Virus record (IMG/VR): IMGVR_UViG_2654587674_000003 | Length of the DNA: 64,000 bases | Direction: 5' to 3' (one strand) | From: a virus | Lineage: Duplodnaviria > Heunggongvirae > Uroviricota > Caudoviricetes | Part shown: piece by piece, positions 47,701 to 56,242 of the stretch | Position numbering within the stretch: position 1 is the stretch's first letter | How the letters are laid out: each line of letters starts with the position of its first letter | Position numbers and translations under genes: made by a program | The notes under the pieces: generated by a model | What the model saw: the letters and a program-made list of their open reading frames with translations, nothing else | The model's database searches: none | Told to the model about the DNA's origin: nothing

Positions 47701-48628
47701 TTCCTTTGAGGAAGGTATCCCAAAGGACGTTTGCCGATTTGAGTGTTGAATCATCCGTGTCGGGGATCATCTCCAGGAAGGTTTCCGGGTGTTTACGCAA
47801 TACCCATACGTCCACCACGGTATCTGTACCGGATTCGCTGAACGTACCGGAAGGCATACGATGTGCGCCCAAAAATTCCGCTTTACGGCTGACTTTATCG
47901 CGCAATTTTTTATATTTCGTACCATCGGTCATGCCATTTGGCACCACCAATACGATAAGCCCACCAGGCTTAACCTTGTCGATCGTGCGCAGCACAAAGT
48001 AATTGCCAACGTTCTTCTCGTTTGCATATGCCGGATCAAGCCCGGCGACACCGGAACGCCCTTCACCAAACGGTACGTTACCAACAGCGTGATCATACAT
48101 TGCGTCTTTCGCCGCCAGCGCCTCAAACGCCCCGATATTCACATCGTCTTCCGGGTGCAAAAGCTGGTTTATTCGACCGGAAATCGGAGACAGTTCGGCG
48201 CTGGTCATTATCATGCCCTGCCGTTTTGTCTCCTGGAAAATACCTGTGCCCGCTGATGGTTCCAGTACGTGCCCGCCATCAATACCGTAGTCAGCAAACA
48301 GATCCCATATACCTTCAGCCATAAACTGTGGCGTGTAGTATTCGTATTGGCTGCCCTCACCATCTGTCAGGCCGCCTTCACCGGTATACCCAGCAAGAAT
48401 CTGACGTTGTTTGTCAGTTAATTTCGCCCCATCGAAGCCGGGCGGAAGGGAATTAAGAAGATTTACTGCGGCATTGTTTGCTGCCCGGCGTGTTTTCTGA
48501 ATACTGACGCCATCGGCTTTCCTGACGCCAAAGGTCGCAACAGCACGTAATTTATGCAACCGACTAACAATTTCAATCAGTTCGCCTAAGCTGGAGGCTT
48601 CACTGATTGAATGAAGTAGTTTGTCCAA
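41792..48628 (-). CDS. darB: DarB-like antirestriction methyltransferase-helicase
   Basis: 2278 aa; N-terminal N6-adenine MTase motifs (VLEPSAGTGIF; NVPFG), central SNF2/DEAD helicase (GFGTGLGKTTTA; VIADEGHNYRN), helicase C-domain; size matches P1 DarB. Confidence 0.75.
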   Translation of the reverse strand: MDKLLHSISEASSLGELIEIVSRLHKLRAVATFGVRKADGVSIQKTRRAANNAAVNLLNSLPPGFDGAKLTDKQRQILAGYTGEGGLTDGEGSQYEYYTPQFMAEGIWDLFADYGIDGGHVLEPSAGTGIFQETKRQGMIMTSAELSPISGRINQLLHPEDDVNIGAFEALAAKDAMYDHAVGNVPFGEGRSGVAGLDPAYANEKNVGNYFVLRTIDKVKPGGLIVLVVPNGMTDGTKYKKLRDKVSRKAEFLGAHRMPSGTFSESGTDTVVDVWVLRKHPETFLEMIPDTDDSTLKSANVLWDTFLKGKWFTTEGKRFVYGDMERTSFRNTLVVKKDGRVSNESMKTALSRRFDSRINWDLLGVTTQAWQGAKVGDKRLVGGIWHEFDGLKWVKDTTTKSSALDVSRYGVSTFGDLQIAFQSTNGILALSWDQISAIASDYPSVVSDEVAAMIRFAGKQREKDRERVMRGALIGQLINKALDLRNLGVNVDDKLADASRLAAAEVAKYGPPHAIKLNGLAEAGAKNWMTFTGNVKQDGSTSDLLAGRLDVTDGAAGIDFTRPEQVIAHLFSDVALNPITLGDFREAFAGELPEDDDAVLEYLAKFDDIAIDGYGCLLPMDRATSGDVATKTALLVGWSDASTGEQKANFERQLAKIEEKRIFTPLNKVTVNLNARWLDRRLIKEFLAEQGYDEFKYTEPDLKVVDGILVSPDDYEGKDGVFTGYQLRTVNGKNGNEFKKANNKDGFLNQLENYLNGVKPRGQNANEYLDKIAQLEVSFNDWLRTHPQADQIARDYNDAFNGFIPFTHSDAPLGLEGISGKRIPLTYQNEEVRRLSEDGRGIMGFGTGLGKTTTALALEAYNFETGRTKRTCIVVPKAVYQNWYHEAQSFYSADAFANMMFIGLDEVRDDSGNILTAPVLDENGEPRLDSNGQPLTRNVVKESSSAVIVQRMNMIPSSNWRTVIMTKEQFASIPLREKTIEENSQQAVFNAVEMGRLDLASGKHRDAQKKNKIKDQAANTGTTKKQNIPYFEDMNFDSVIADEGHNYRNSFNAGREAGQLAYLPNPAVSKMARDMAVKAAYMMKRNNGRGVVMLTATPLVNSPIDAFNMLSTVIPQEEWMRMGIITPDDFVRVFGKTATVQVQKISGEVEEKQGLVGFQNLDGLRGIFHRWTTLKTAADVGATVKIPDIIENTLQIPMTGEQETAYEELRKRAQELSRNDELTVDENGHITNDKPDDFIFSIIRDMDKVAIDPDLYASAITFQFPVELADQVKAIADALPKVAGGKVADDVDEAEEDGAGGLVSTRTSKVVKTAFSEHPTHVEIRASIELEAEILKAIAAAGIDMQQVSHPIPPKYAALIENLREGLKNGKQIVFIDEKAQHQKLRRIIASALQMPEQEIGIINATTVSQAGGIKLKKVNKPTEPTPNKNGEYKEGTWETYYSKLAQYEDYLSAKNDAGLEGMEGIAADYNEGRTRIIICNKKAEVGINLHIGTTDIHHLTLPWTPASIDQRNGRGARVGSPQEKVNVHYYCGKGTFDDFRLDTLKRKKDWIKMVMTSDMSEIANGDADDADERAIMLAANPEERRAIMARQAQEREERLKLKAQREANNALDIYLKAANAAGKDIGMMETELKSAMEQIEYYQRNLDDLIKAGTNRNGQKYALEQLSSYRKRARVLRFAITRAKDADTIMKRSRGDVERAIKSGVLDISIDVIQNPQEYMRTDKNILLHKGSYYRAVIDDRETTAIVRVEKIDGEKAQYLCRIAWLDRASRYARAPGSIVTLPFDSVIEAVTFEEGVAESRATAARGVQCHQLSTILTRDQFYDAIRNGVMNVIAGKPGNAWGGGSAIKYWAYRTDDGQIALSSAYDGVIGQKIGRASDIAPERWIYPDGNDEALKREVAKIQASDNPLNIVDGEGFLQALYGYDYTQGMQAWGAQATMDDVAHEFENWMAGRGLSGRSLNKVTSEDILSLFRKPSGEGLESFWRTVLAYRLFQGRMKAFSNIDDIERMFNQVKIAKIKAKIEKTRSALVAWRDALFEQYKSLSDADGWAALEQLANNGVDGAKLAIVQADNPLESPAAQWIKVGAVINAFDEKHISKDDFADAVSVNRLVEMATRRARELKDGDYVNELPDTLKSATWQDYVSLKNGGATESEIAERLEQAESKREEQAAVAEARADEAANDDYIIVVNDKPIRAKARVRGRWWSVSEDVGAVYLIADQPGSSTIRNAKDAIKKIGGRFWNFEANPVADVNFDRPAWMVSTRYSVDELRKIIADAA

Positions 48629-48779
48629 AGGATTTCCCCCTCTAAACCGTAAAAAATTCCGCTATGCGGTACGGTTGAGAGGGTATGGAGAATGTTATTT
48701 TCAGGGGGACGATACTACCGTCAAAATCACATACTCCCCATAGTTTGCCTACTTATTAACCCATGACCGGGAGAAAAAT

Positions 48780-49265
48780 ATGGCAAACATTGAACCTCGC
48801 TGGCTAATTGAAGCCCGTAAGCACATTGGCTTGACTGAAATAAAAGGCGCTAAACACAACCCTGAAATCGTTCAGTTCTGGCGCGACATCAAGCGCGGCG
48901 GAATTAAAGACGATGAAACGCCGTGGTGCGCAGCATTTGTCGGTGCAATGCTGGAACGTGTAGGCATCCGCTCAACAAGATTTGAGTCGGCAAAATCCTA
49001 TCTGGATTGGGGCGAGAAATTAGATACACCGGCATACGGATGTATCGTTGTATTTACCCGCGTAGGCGGTGGGCACGTAGGCTTCGTTGTCGGACGCCGC
49101 GCCAATGGCGATCTGCTTGTCCTGGGTGGGAACCAGGGGGATGCGGTTAATATTCGCGCATTCCCAACATCAAGAGTGTCTGGCTATCGCTGGCCTGCTG
49201 GCGAACCACGCAATACCGCTCTGTTACCAGTCGGAGACGCAGCAACCTCAACTAATGAGGCATGA
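48780..49265 (+). CDS. candidate cell-wall hydrolase (Cys/His peptidase-like)
   Basis: 161 aa; TPWCAAFV...GGGHVGFVVG arrangement. Confidence 0.35.
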   Translation: MANIEPRWLIEARKHIGLTEIKGAKHNPEIVQFWRDIKRGGIKDDETPWCAAFVGAMLERVGIRSTRFESAKSYLDWGEKLDTPAYGCIVVFTRVGGGHVGFVVGRRANGDLLVLGGNQGDAVNIRAFPTSRVSGYRWPAGEPRNTALLPVGDAATSTNEA

Positions 49266-49289
49266 AAAAAGCCCCGGCCATGCCGGGGC
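49265..49289 (-). terminator. intrinsic terminator
   Basis: gccccggc-cat-gccggggc preceded by A6 on plus strand. Confidence 0.45.
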
Positions 49290-49297
49290 ATCACGCT

Positions 49298-49498
49298 TCA
49301 AGTCACGATCCAATCATTACCGACTATATCAGCCGTCGATAAATAAACTTCCCGGATCTTGAGTCCATTAATACAAAACCATCCGGTAGTAGAGTAATTA
49401 TCAGGCCAGGCCCATACATCAATACTCCATGCTTTACGGCGGCACACTTCAGCCTGTCCTTCCCTGATTTTTTTTACCGCCTGCATGATGTCCATCAC
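49298..49498 (-). CDS. small protein homologous to the C-terminal tail of the cassette-1 antirepressor
   Basis: 66 aa; EVCRRKAWSIDVWAWPDNYS / DWIVT aligns with residues about 250-313 of ORF 9355..10296. Confidence 0.35.
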   Translation of the reverse strand: MMDIMQAVKKIREGQAEVCRRKAWSIDVWAWPDNYSTTGWFCINGLKIREVYLSTADIVGNDWIVT

Positions 49499-50202
49499 TC
49501 ACCTCCCCAACCGATCACCTGGAATTGCCCCATTTTGGGGTGATACCAGCGTTTTCCTCGGTGTTCAGCCTCCGACATCATCCGGTTAAAAGCATTCATG
49601 AAGGGAGATAAGGCCACGATGGAACGACGCGACAATACCCCCTCTGGAGTTAAAAACTCATGCGTATCGGTGGGAATCCGGAAAGCGTTGACCAGGTTGC
49701 GGCATTTGGCTTCAGTCAGGCCACATTTCGCCGCCAGCTGGCGGTAGCCAATGTAGCCATCTGGCATGTTGCCCTTCTTGATTTGCTCGACGGTTTCAGC
49801 GACCTGGCTAACCTTTGACTCAACAGCATGAAGCCGCTTTTGCTGCTGAACTGCATTTGCAGCCATTGCGGCGATCATCTCTATTTCGGTCAACGGCTGG
49901 CGTACTTGTTCTTCCAGTTCGCGCCAGCGGTCCACCAGCCGGGCGGTGAATTCCGGAGAGAGCTGCGCAACGACAATAATGCTGTCTCGTTTGCCTTGCT
50001 CGCCTTCGAAGACGTAAGCCTCGACACTACGGCGTAGTCCTAAGTTATTGATTTTTTCGAAAACCTGCAATGCAGGAAGTTGAATAACTCCAGATTTAGC
50101 CAGGCGCTCTATTGATATTTTTACGTTATCTGGACGACTTCCCACCAGCTCCGCGATCTCAATGCTGGTCATTGATGGCTTTTCAAGAATGCAGATATCC
50201 AT
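49495..50202 (-). CDS. antirepressor-like protein, immI-like cassette 2
   Basis: ATG at 50202 overlapping the icd-like stop (TGATG); MTSIEIAELVGSRPDNVK N-domain; long stretches identical to cassette 1. Confidence 0.55.
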   Translation of the reverse strand: MDICILEKPSMTSIEIAELVGSRPDNVKISIERLAKSGVIQLPALQVFEKINNLGLRRSVEAYVFEGEQGKRDSIIVVAQLSPEFTARLVDRWRELEEQVRQPLTEIEMIAAMAANAVQQQKRLHAVESKVSQVAETVEQIKKGNMPDGYIGYRQLAAKCGLTEAKCRNLVNAFRIPTDTHEFLTPEGVLSRRSIVALSPFMNAFNRMMSEAEHRGKRWYHPKMGQFQVIGWGGE

Positions 50203-50426
50203 CAGTGTGCCTCCGCAATTCCGGGATGGGTAATATTGCGATACCAAGGATTAGTGTTTGGTTGTGATGAAGTAGAGAAACGGCCAGTCAGGACGCCATG
50301 TTGATCAGGGATCAGAGAACGGGCTTCTTTTTCAGTTGCGGCAATTGCGAAGTGATCGCAGTGTTTTTGCAGGGAGTGGAAACGCCAGATAAATTCCGGG
50401 CGCGAGCAAGGATTGGCATTAACCAT
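50202..50426 (-). CDS. Icd-like small protein, immI-like cassette 2
   Basis: internal ATG chosen (track ORF extends to 50624); EFIWRFHSLQKH...AATEKEARS motif. Confidence 0.4.
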   Translation of the reverse strand: MVNANPCSRPEFIWRFHSLQKHCDHFAIAATEKEARSLIPDQHGVLTGRFSTSSQPNTNPWYRNITHPGIAEAH

Positions 50427-50583
50427 AGTTACGGCCTCATTCGTAGGTTTAACAACCTGCGCCCCGCTGCTAAACGGGTGGCAGGACGTGACGGGGTTAG
50501 CAGACTGGCACGAATGAAACCAGCAGGCCGAAGCCTCCCCATCACGCCCCACCATAATTCGGGCGTAACGTGGTTTTACGGAC

Positions 50584-50700
50584 ACAAAAATACCGCAATA
50601 TCGGATATCTGCGGTTGTCCGCATTCGTATTCAGGCTGCTAAACCCGGTCGCAGAATTTGCTACGACGACATGAATATAAGCCTGAAAACATGGAAGATC
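50584..50700 (-). ncRNA. candidate c4-like antisense RNA of cassette 2
   Basis: conserved gacacaaaaa plus hairpin terminator (50584..50615) as in cassette 1; loop-candidate GCTGCTAAAC repeated in icd leader (50467..50476) with partner gttagcag. Confidence 0.25.
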
Positions 50701-50757
50701 AACTAAAAATTTCAGCAATGGATGATTTCAGTCGATGATGCAGATCATACATTCCGA

Positions 50758-50790
50758 TTTAGAAACAGCAAATTAATTTTCTAACACAAA
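50758..50790 (-). promoter_or_regulatory. TTTTCTAACA box pair at the head of cassette 2
   Basis: tttagaaac-N10-ttttctaacacaaa. Confidence 0.4.
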
Positions 50791-50840
50791 TTATTGAGAG
50801 AGCATTTTCCGATCATTGGGATGTTTTGTAGACGCACAGG

Positions 50841-51803
50841 TCATCCCCTAAAGCCAGCCGGGATTGACCAATCCTCACGGTCAAATTCAGACCGATAGCC
50901 ACGCTGTTTCATCAGGTCAAAGGCTTCACCAATGGTTGCACACCCCTGGGAGCCAGAATAATCCATTGAGAAATCCAAGGCACTGGATTGTTTAGGCTTA
51001 TTCACTGCGGTAGCGGCACTACGTATCCATGCAAATTTTTTTGCCAGCTTTTCAGCGGTACGATACAGAGCCTGCCGTTTTGCGTGCCCCTCGTCTGAAC
51101 GACGCTTTGCAGCTCTCGCTTTTGCCGCCGCCAGGCAGTGGTTGGTATGTTCTTCCCTGGTTACTGGTTTTTTATCCAGTACCACGTTATCCGTTTGAGA
51201 ACTATCTGCTGGTGAAGCCTTTGGCTGAACCGCGCATGATCTTTCTCTTCTTTTGGCTATAGAGTGACTCTTATTTTCTATTGGCTGTTCATTTTGAACA
51301 TGGGGGGACTTGTTCAATTTGAACAGGGGGGTCCCAGTTTCAAAAAAATAACGAACCTTTGAAATCAACTGCTTAACCAGTTTTGTGGCGTTGGCAAATT
51401 TGATGCCCTGCTTACCCCCTATCTCCATTGCTACATGAATGAAGTGGAGAAATTGTGTCGTAAACCGATATACGTTACACACCTGGGCATTGTTATTCGC
51501 TACCTGATGTTGCTTAACAAGCATTCCGCACTTCGTCGCTTCAGCAAATGCCCGGCGCACAGTAGAAATACTGCGTCCTGTAATCTCGGACATATCAGCA
51601 TATGAGCGACGGATCATGTATTCATCGGTAGACCCTGCCAGGTTGGCGAACTCGGCAATAATGGCGCTATGTGAAGGGGAAAGAAGACCGCTATGACGAG
51701 CAAAAAAACTCAACTGATGACCTTTGATTTTTTTGTGGTATTCAGTGTTGTTTTTATACTCAGAAGTGTTGAAAGTTACTGAAACTGAATTTAAAATACT
51801 CAC
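50841..51803 (-). CDS. HTH-domain DNA-binding protein, function unknown
   Basis: 320 aa; winged-helix-like MIRRSYADMSEITGRSISTVRRAFAEATKCGML; basic C-terminal half. Confidence 0.4.
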   Translation of the reverse strand: MSILNSVSVTFNTSEYKNNTEYHKKIKGHQLSFFARHSGLLSPSHSAIIAEFANLAGSTDEYMIRRSYADMSEITGRSISTVRRAFAEATKCGMLVKQHQVANNNAQVCNVYRFTTQFLHFIHVAMEIGGKQGIKFANATKLVKQLISKVRYFFETGTPLFKLNKSPHVQNEQPIENKSHSIAKRRERSCAVQPKASPADSSQTDNVVLDKKPVTREEHTNHCLAAAKARAAKRRSDEGHAKRQALYRTAEKLAKKFAWIRSAATAVNKPKQSSALDFSMDYSGSQGCATIGEAFDLMKQRGYRSEFDREDWSIPAGFRG

Positions 51804-51977
51804 CAGATAGTTCCGTGAAAAAATCTATCTACCGTATAAATCTATGGCAGTGGATTTATACACCCAAAAAGCCGCTTCTCAGCGGCTTTTGCTTTTTTGG
51901 CAGTCGCTACCGGAGCAGTGACCGCGATCCTACTCGATCCCATCCACCAGGATCAACAGTGTATATAAATACACTAT

Positions 51978-51991
51978 GTTAGAAATTTAAC
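51978..51991 (-). promoter_or_regulatory. TGTTAGAAA box
   Basis: tgttagaaatttaa about 175 nt upstream of ORF 50841..51803. Confidence 0.3.
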
Positions 51992-52003
51992 TTAACAAGG
52001 CGA

Positions 52004-53002
52004 TTACCCCCTTCTGGAAACGAAGAGTAACGGGGTAGTGTTTTTGTTCTCCTTCGGTGATAACTCTGGTTCTTTCTTGCCTGATACCGGTAAGCCATAA
52101 GTAGCATTTGCCCCAAGAGATTCAAGCATCGCAGCCACTATGCGGGCATCATCTTCAGACTGCATACGGCAGAGCGCCCGGCGCTGTTCTGCGCTGATAA
52201 AAACAGGCATTTCCTGGATAGCTTCACGCAAAATCCGGCGGCATTGCTTTGCATTTTCCCCCTGGCTTTCCATCATCGCTGTTTGAGCGCGCAGCTTATC
52301 TCGAAGCTGTATGTTTTCCACTTCAAGGAGCATCAATTCTGATTCCAGGGCTTCACGATGTGCAGATTCGAGCATGGCTTGCTGATTTTTCATTGCTGAA
52401 AAGTGGTGAACCAGATCCGTAGCAGCGTTATCGGTAAAACCTTGTTCGATAAGTGCTGCATGAATAGCCGCATCGCGCTCTTCTGCTGATTCAAGCATCA
52501 GGCTTTTCTTGTCGAGGCTGATATAGTTAGGCACAGTTACGTAATCAAAGCCGTGGAAAGACTTTACCAGGGATACCGATGAATCTGGACCAGATGTAGC
52601 CCACGACCAACCACCAGCACCAGAATTAATCATGCCCTGAACAATACGCCCGGTGTCTGTATCCAGTATTTCCTGCGTATGAGTAACAATGCCGTTGTCG
52701 TCAATCGAAATGTCGATAGTCCTGTTTGACGGCACGTTCTCCAATACAACAGGCTTCCCATCTACCATCACAACAGAGACTTCCGGCAAGTTCAGGCTTT
52801 TCGTTTTGTTATAGTGCATCGCCCGGCGACCATGACCGTAATAACCATACATCTCACCCAGCGCGATACGCTCTTTTGTTTCTGGCGAGTTGAATGTGTC
52901 TCGTACCGACTGAATGACGTAATTTCGGTTGTTCTGCGGTGTGTGTTTGCGGATTTTCTCTACCAGGGAGAAGCGATCCGTAACAGTATTCAGTGATTGC
53001 AT
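52004..53002 (-). CDS. head morphogenesis protein (possible prohead protease/scaffold)
   Basis: 332 aa with C-terminal coiled coil; position only. Confidence 0.3.
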   Translation of the reverse strand: MQSLNTVTDRFSLVEKIRKHTPQNNRNYVIQSVRDTFNSPETKERIALGEMYGYYGHGRRAMHYNKTKSLNLPEVSVVMVDGKPVVLENVPSNRTIDISIDDNGIVTHTQEILDTDTGRIVQGMINSGAGGWSWATSGPDSSVSLVKSFHGFDYVTVPNYISLDKKSLMLESAEERDAAIHAALIEQGFTDNAATDLVHHFSAMKNQQAMLESAHREALESELMLLEVENIQLRDKLRAQTAMMESQGENAKQCRRILREAIQEMPVFISAEQRRALCRMQSEDDARIVAAMLESLGANATYGLPVSGKKEPELSPKENKNTTPLLFVSRRG

Positions 53003-53015
53003 TATTTCCCTCCGG

Positions 53016-54698
53016 TTAATTGCTCATCACAAATTTTGCAAAGTTTATTAACTGTTCTGGCGTCCAGTTTTCCGGATCGTCACCGGACGACAACGGCGCG
53101 GATTCGTACATACCATGCTCGTTGTTTTGCTCTGATTCATTCGCCTTAAACTCTTTGATCATGGTGTTGAGAGTGTCATCGTCGATGTGCAACTGCTCAG
53201 TGAACAGATAACGCATAAACGCGTCGCTACCAGCCAGTTTCGGGTTGTTCTGGATCTGGTCCATAATTTGGGAGATGACAGCAACAAAGTTGGCGCGAGC
53301 ATCCAGTTCTCGGTTTTCCTCTTCCTGGATAGCAGTGTTCATTGAGTTGAATTGCACGTCATAAGGGCGGTTTGTTTCGGTGTAAACCTTGCCGTATTTA
53401 TAAGCGAGGTGAATGTCCAGAAGCCGATAAATAGTTCGCTGGGCGGCCTGTCTGATCCAGTTCGCACGCAATGCAGCCTGGATAGCAGTTTGCTGCCAGC
53501 CGCCTTCTCCAAGCCCTCCGCTCATCTGATCAGCCCAGCCAAGCATTGTTGCGTCAATGCCGAGGCTTGCAGCAAGCTGCCGGAGGTGAAACATAACGTC
53601 TTCAATACCACTGATATCTGCGGGTATGGATTGCGTATCAATGGTGATGCCGTTCTTCCCGTCTCCCATAACAGGTATCAGATGGTTAAGCACAGTCGGA
53701 ATAGCGTTGGCATTAATCGACCTTTGCGCCACCAGGTCACTATGACGCTTCAATGCCTGGCTGACGCCACGCGTATAGTTCGCCGCATTAACCGGGTCCA
53801 GTGTGTTCGTCGTAAGAGCAATCAGGCGGTCAATTTTGGCTGCATTATTTCGCGTTGATTTCAGCGCGGCGAGCGAAGCACATAAATTAAGGTAAGGTTC
53901 ATAGCTGTATTCCAGGAATGAAGTTCCGTAATTCTGCGTCTCCATTAACGGCTTATCAGCCTGATCACTTAACAGTGAGTACCCTTTTGTGCCGTAGCTA
54001 ACCGGAATAACTTTATGCTGTGGCGTCCAATAGGGATTTTTCATGGAAACCAGATTCCACGGTTCGGTTATTACTCTGCGCAAACTATGCGTATCCAGAA
54101 TGTAATCACCACTGAAACCTACCAGCTGGCTACCACGATAAAACTCCTGGACGAAGTGTGGCAGAGTGTAATAACTGGACTCAATGCCTGTTATCCCCCT
54201 GCCCTGTTCAGCATAAGGTCGGACATAAGACACCCCAAAGATCGCCATAATCATGGCCCATGAAGGAAGTCCGTCATTAATCATCGCCCCCAAATCAGCG
54301 GTTAACTCTTCACATCTACTTACCGCCTCGGCATCGGAACCATCCTTTGGCGAAAGGATGAATGCTTGTCCGGTTTTTTTTGAAGGCGCAAGCGCATGTG
54401 CAATGTGAATATTTAAAGCCGTCGAGATAGTCGGGCTTTTAGCCATCGTTTCCAGGATGTTGTACTTTTGCAGGCGCTCGCCGGGCAGTTCAGCGGATAA
54501 AGAAATTGAATCTGCTTCACTCGTCATGCCATCGCTATTGCTCCCCAGGATGCCTGGACGTAAAGCAGACAGGCCGGAACGAGCAACGACACTATGTCCG
54601 CTCGTAAAAACGACCGGATCGGCGGGCGTAACATCACCACCGTTGAAGGCTTTCTTCAATGCTGACAGAAAGCCTTTGTTTTTGTCTTTCGTTGCCAT
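53016..54698 (-). CDS. head morphogenesis protein (possible portal)
   Basis: 560 aa, size and position only. Confidence 0.3.
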   Translation of the reverse strand: MATKDKNKGFLSALKKAFNGGDVTPADPVVFTSGHSVVARSGLSALRPGILGSNSDGMTSEADSISLSAELPGERLQKYNILETMAKSPTISTALNIHIAHALAPSKKTGQAFILSPKDGSDAEAVSRCEELTADLGAMINDGLPSWAMIMAIFGVSYVRPYAEQGRGITGIESSYYTLPHFVQEFYRGSQLVGFSGDYILDTHSLRRVITEPWNLVSMKNPYWTPQHKVIPVSYGTKGYSLLSDQADKPLMETQNYGTSFLEYSYEPYLNLCASLAALKSTRNNAAKIDRLIALTTNTLDPVNAANYTRGVSQALKRHSDLVAQRSINANAIPTVLNHLIPVMGDGKNGITIDTQSIPADISGIEDVMFHLRQLAASLGIDATMLGWADQMSGGLGEGGWQQTAIQAALRANWIRQAAQRTIYRLLDIHLAYKYGKVYTETNRPYDVQFNSMNTAIQEEENRELDARANFVAVISQIMDQIQNNPKLAGSDAFMRYLFTEQLHIDDDTLNTMIKEFKANESEQNNEHGMYESAPLSSGDDPENWTPEQLINFAKFVMSN

Positions 54699-54762
54699 GA
54701 ATCACCGCAAATTGTTTCCAGTTTTGCGGCAGCATAATCAGTATGTGATTTCAGCGGTTGGT

Positions 54763-56160
54763 TTAGTTTTCCGTACGGCAATTATTTAGATCTGTAGAAT
54801 TTTCAAACATAGCAAAGTTCAGACCTTTCCCTTCGCCAAATTCACCCTCAATTTCATCAGATACAGCAGACAAAATACGACGCAGATCAACATCGCCACC
54901 GCCGAACATATCGCCCAATGCCTGTTGTTTATGAGTCAGCTCGTCGTTGATTTTTTGCGCCATTTTTTTGAATGCTGCCCCCATACGCTTCGCACTGCGA
55001 TTATTTGCTACGATGAATAACGCCAATGCCTCAGCTTCCGGTGTACTGTCGCCGAATAACCCCCTTTGGGCGATCACTTCTTCAACGGCCTGACCGTTGT
55101 CTTTGGCTTCACGTACAAGATTAATTGCTTCCTGGAGTGCTGCTATCGCCTGTGTATCCAGGCCATTAACCTGCTCTATACCGTCCACTAAGCCTGTTAC
55201 TGCGTCATGGTGAGCGTCGCCAGACAGCGACTGCATTTGCGCAAAATCGCTGGCTGCCGTATTTAATGCGGTCAGGATATTACGCATTTCCGGATCTGGC
55301 TCTTCCGACACCAGCCGAACAAGCCTTTCATCCTTGTACGCTTTGGCAAAAATTGCATTCTGGATGCGATCGATAAGCTGTTTCGTGGGACGCCCATCGG
55401 CAGTAAGCAAGCCTGCTGTCGCTGTATCGCCAATTTCGCGCAAAAACGCACGAATAAACGCATCATTGGACCGCGCCAGCAGATTTCCATCATCTGAAGG
55501 ATTAAATAGCGCCATGACGCTCTCAGTGAGAAATTGCGCATCCGCATACGCTTTTTCACTTGCTGCCATCTCTTGCAGATCGCTAATGTTTGAATCGCGG
55601 GCAAATTGAGCGCGGTCTACATCTGTGAGTCTTTCTCGCACCAGTACGGGCATAGACATTTGCGAAATTTCGTCAGGATTCAGACCAAACTCTTTCGCAT
55701 GGTCGATCAGGTACTGGCGATACTCATCCGCCTGTCCTTGCTCATAGGCACGCCAGATACCCATACTCCTTCCGTTGCCGGATTCAACAACGTTGTCCGG
55801 ACCAACTATCGGCGCTCCGTGGCTGCTCATACCGGAATCCGTTAATTGTGCCGGGCGTAAATTGGAGGCAATACGGTTAACCTGGAGTTTGCTGGATAAC
55901 CGGGTACGATCTCGTGGTTGGAGTTCTTCCGGGAAGGCCGGGTTAATCGTACCGTCAAGGTTGTTCGAAATGATCAGACTGCTGGCATCAACGACCTTAA
56001 AAGCCGTCTTTACCTCTGCACCTTTGCTGGTGACTACGTAGCTACTTCGCCCCAGGCGTGTTTCTTTCCTCTCTAATGAAGAAACCAGAGCAATGACGCT
56101 GTTAATATCTGTGGCCCCGGAAAGCGCAGAAGTAACTGATTTGTTCAAAATACACTCCAA
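54763..56160 (-). CDS. head-associated protein (possible DdrB-like)
   Basis: 465 aa in DarA-operon-like block; positional. Confidence 0.3.
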   Translation of the reverse strand: MECILNKSVTSALSGATDINSVIALVSSLERKETRLGRSSYVVTSKGAEVKTAFKVVDASSLIISNNLDGTINPAFPEELQPRDRTRLSSKLQVNRIASNLRPAQLTDSGMSSHGAPIVGPDNVVESGNGRSMGIWRAYEQGQADEYRQYLIDHAKEFGLNPDEISQMSMPVLVRERLTDVDRAQFARDSNISDLQEMAASEKAYADAQFLTESVMALFNPSDDGNLLARSNDAFIRAFLREIGDTATAGLLTADGRPTKQLIDRIQNAIFAKAYKDERLVRLVSEEPDPEMRNILTALNTAASDFAQMQSLSGDAHHDAVTGLVDGIEQVNGLDTQAIAALQEAINLVREAKDNGQAVEEVIAQRGLFGDSTPEAEALALFIVANNRSAKRMGAAFKKMAQKINDELTHKQQALGDMFGGGDVDLRRILSAVSDEIEGEFGEGKGLNFAMFENSTDLNNCRTEN

Positions 56161-56242
56161 CTATAGAGAAAGCTGTGAGTGTAAAAAGTGTGTGATTTAT
56201 GTGAGAACAGATAAGTGAAAGGGGCATTTCAGCCCCTTTTGA

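Noticed and set aside
50427-50624. N-terminal 66 residues of track ORF 50202..50624
   Set aside because: Not conserved with the cassette-1 Icd-like protein; the homologous protein starts at an internal ATG and the upstream region is better read as leader RNA.
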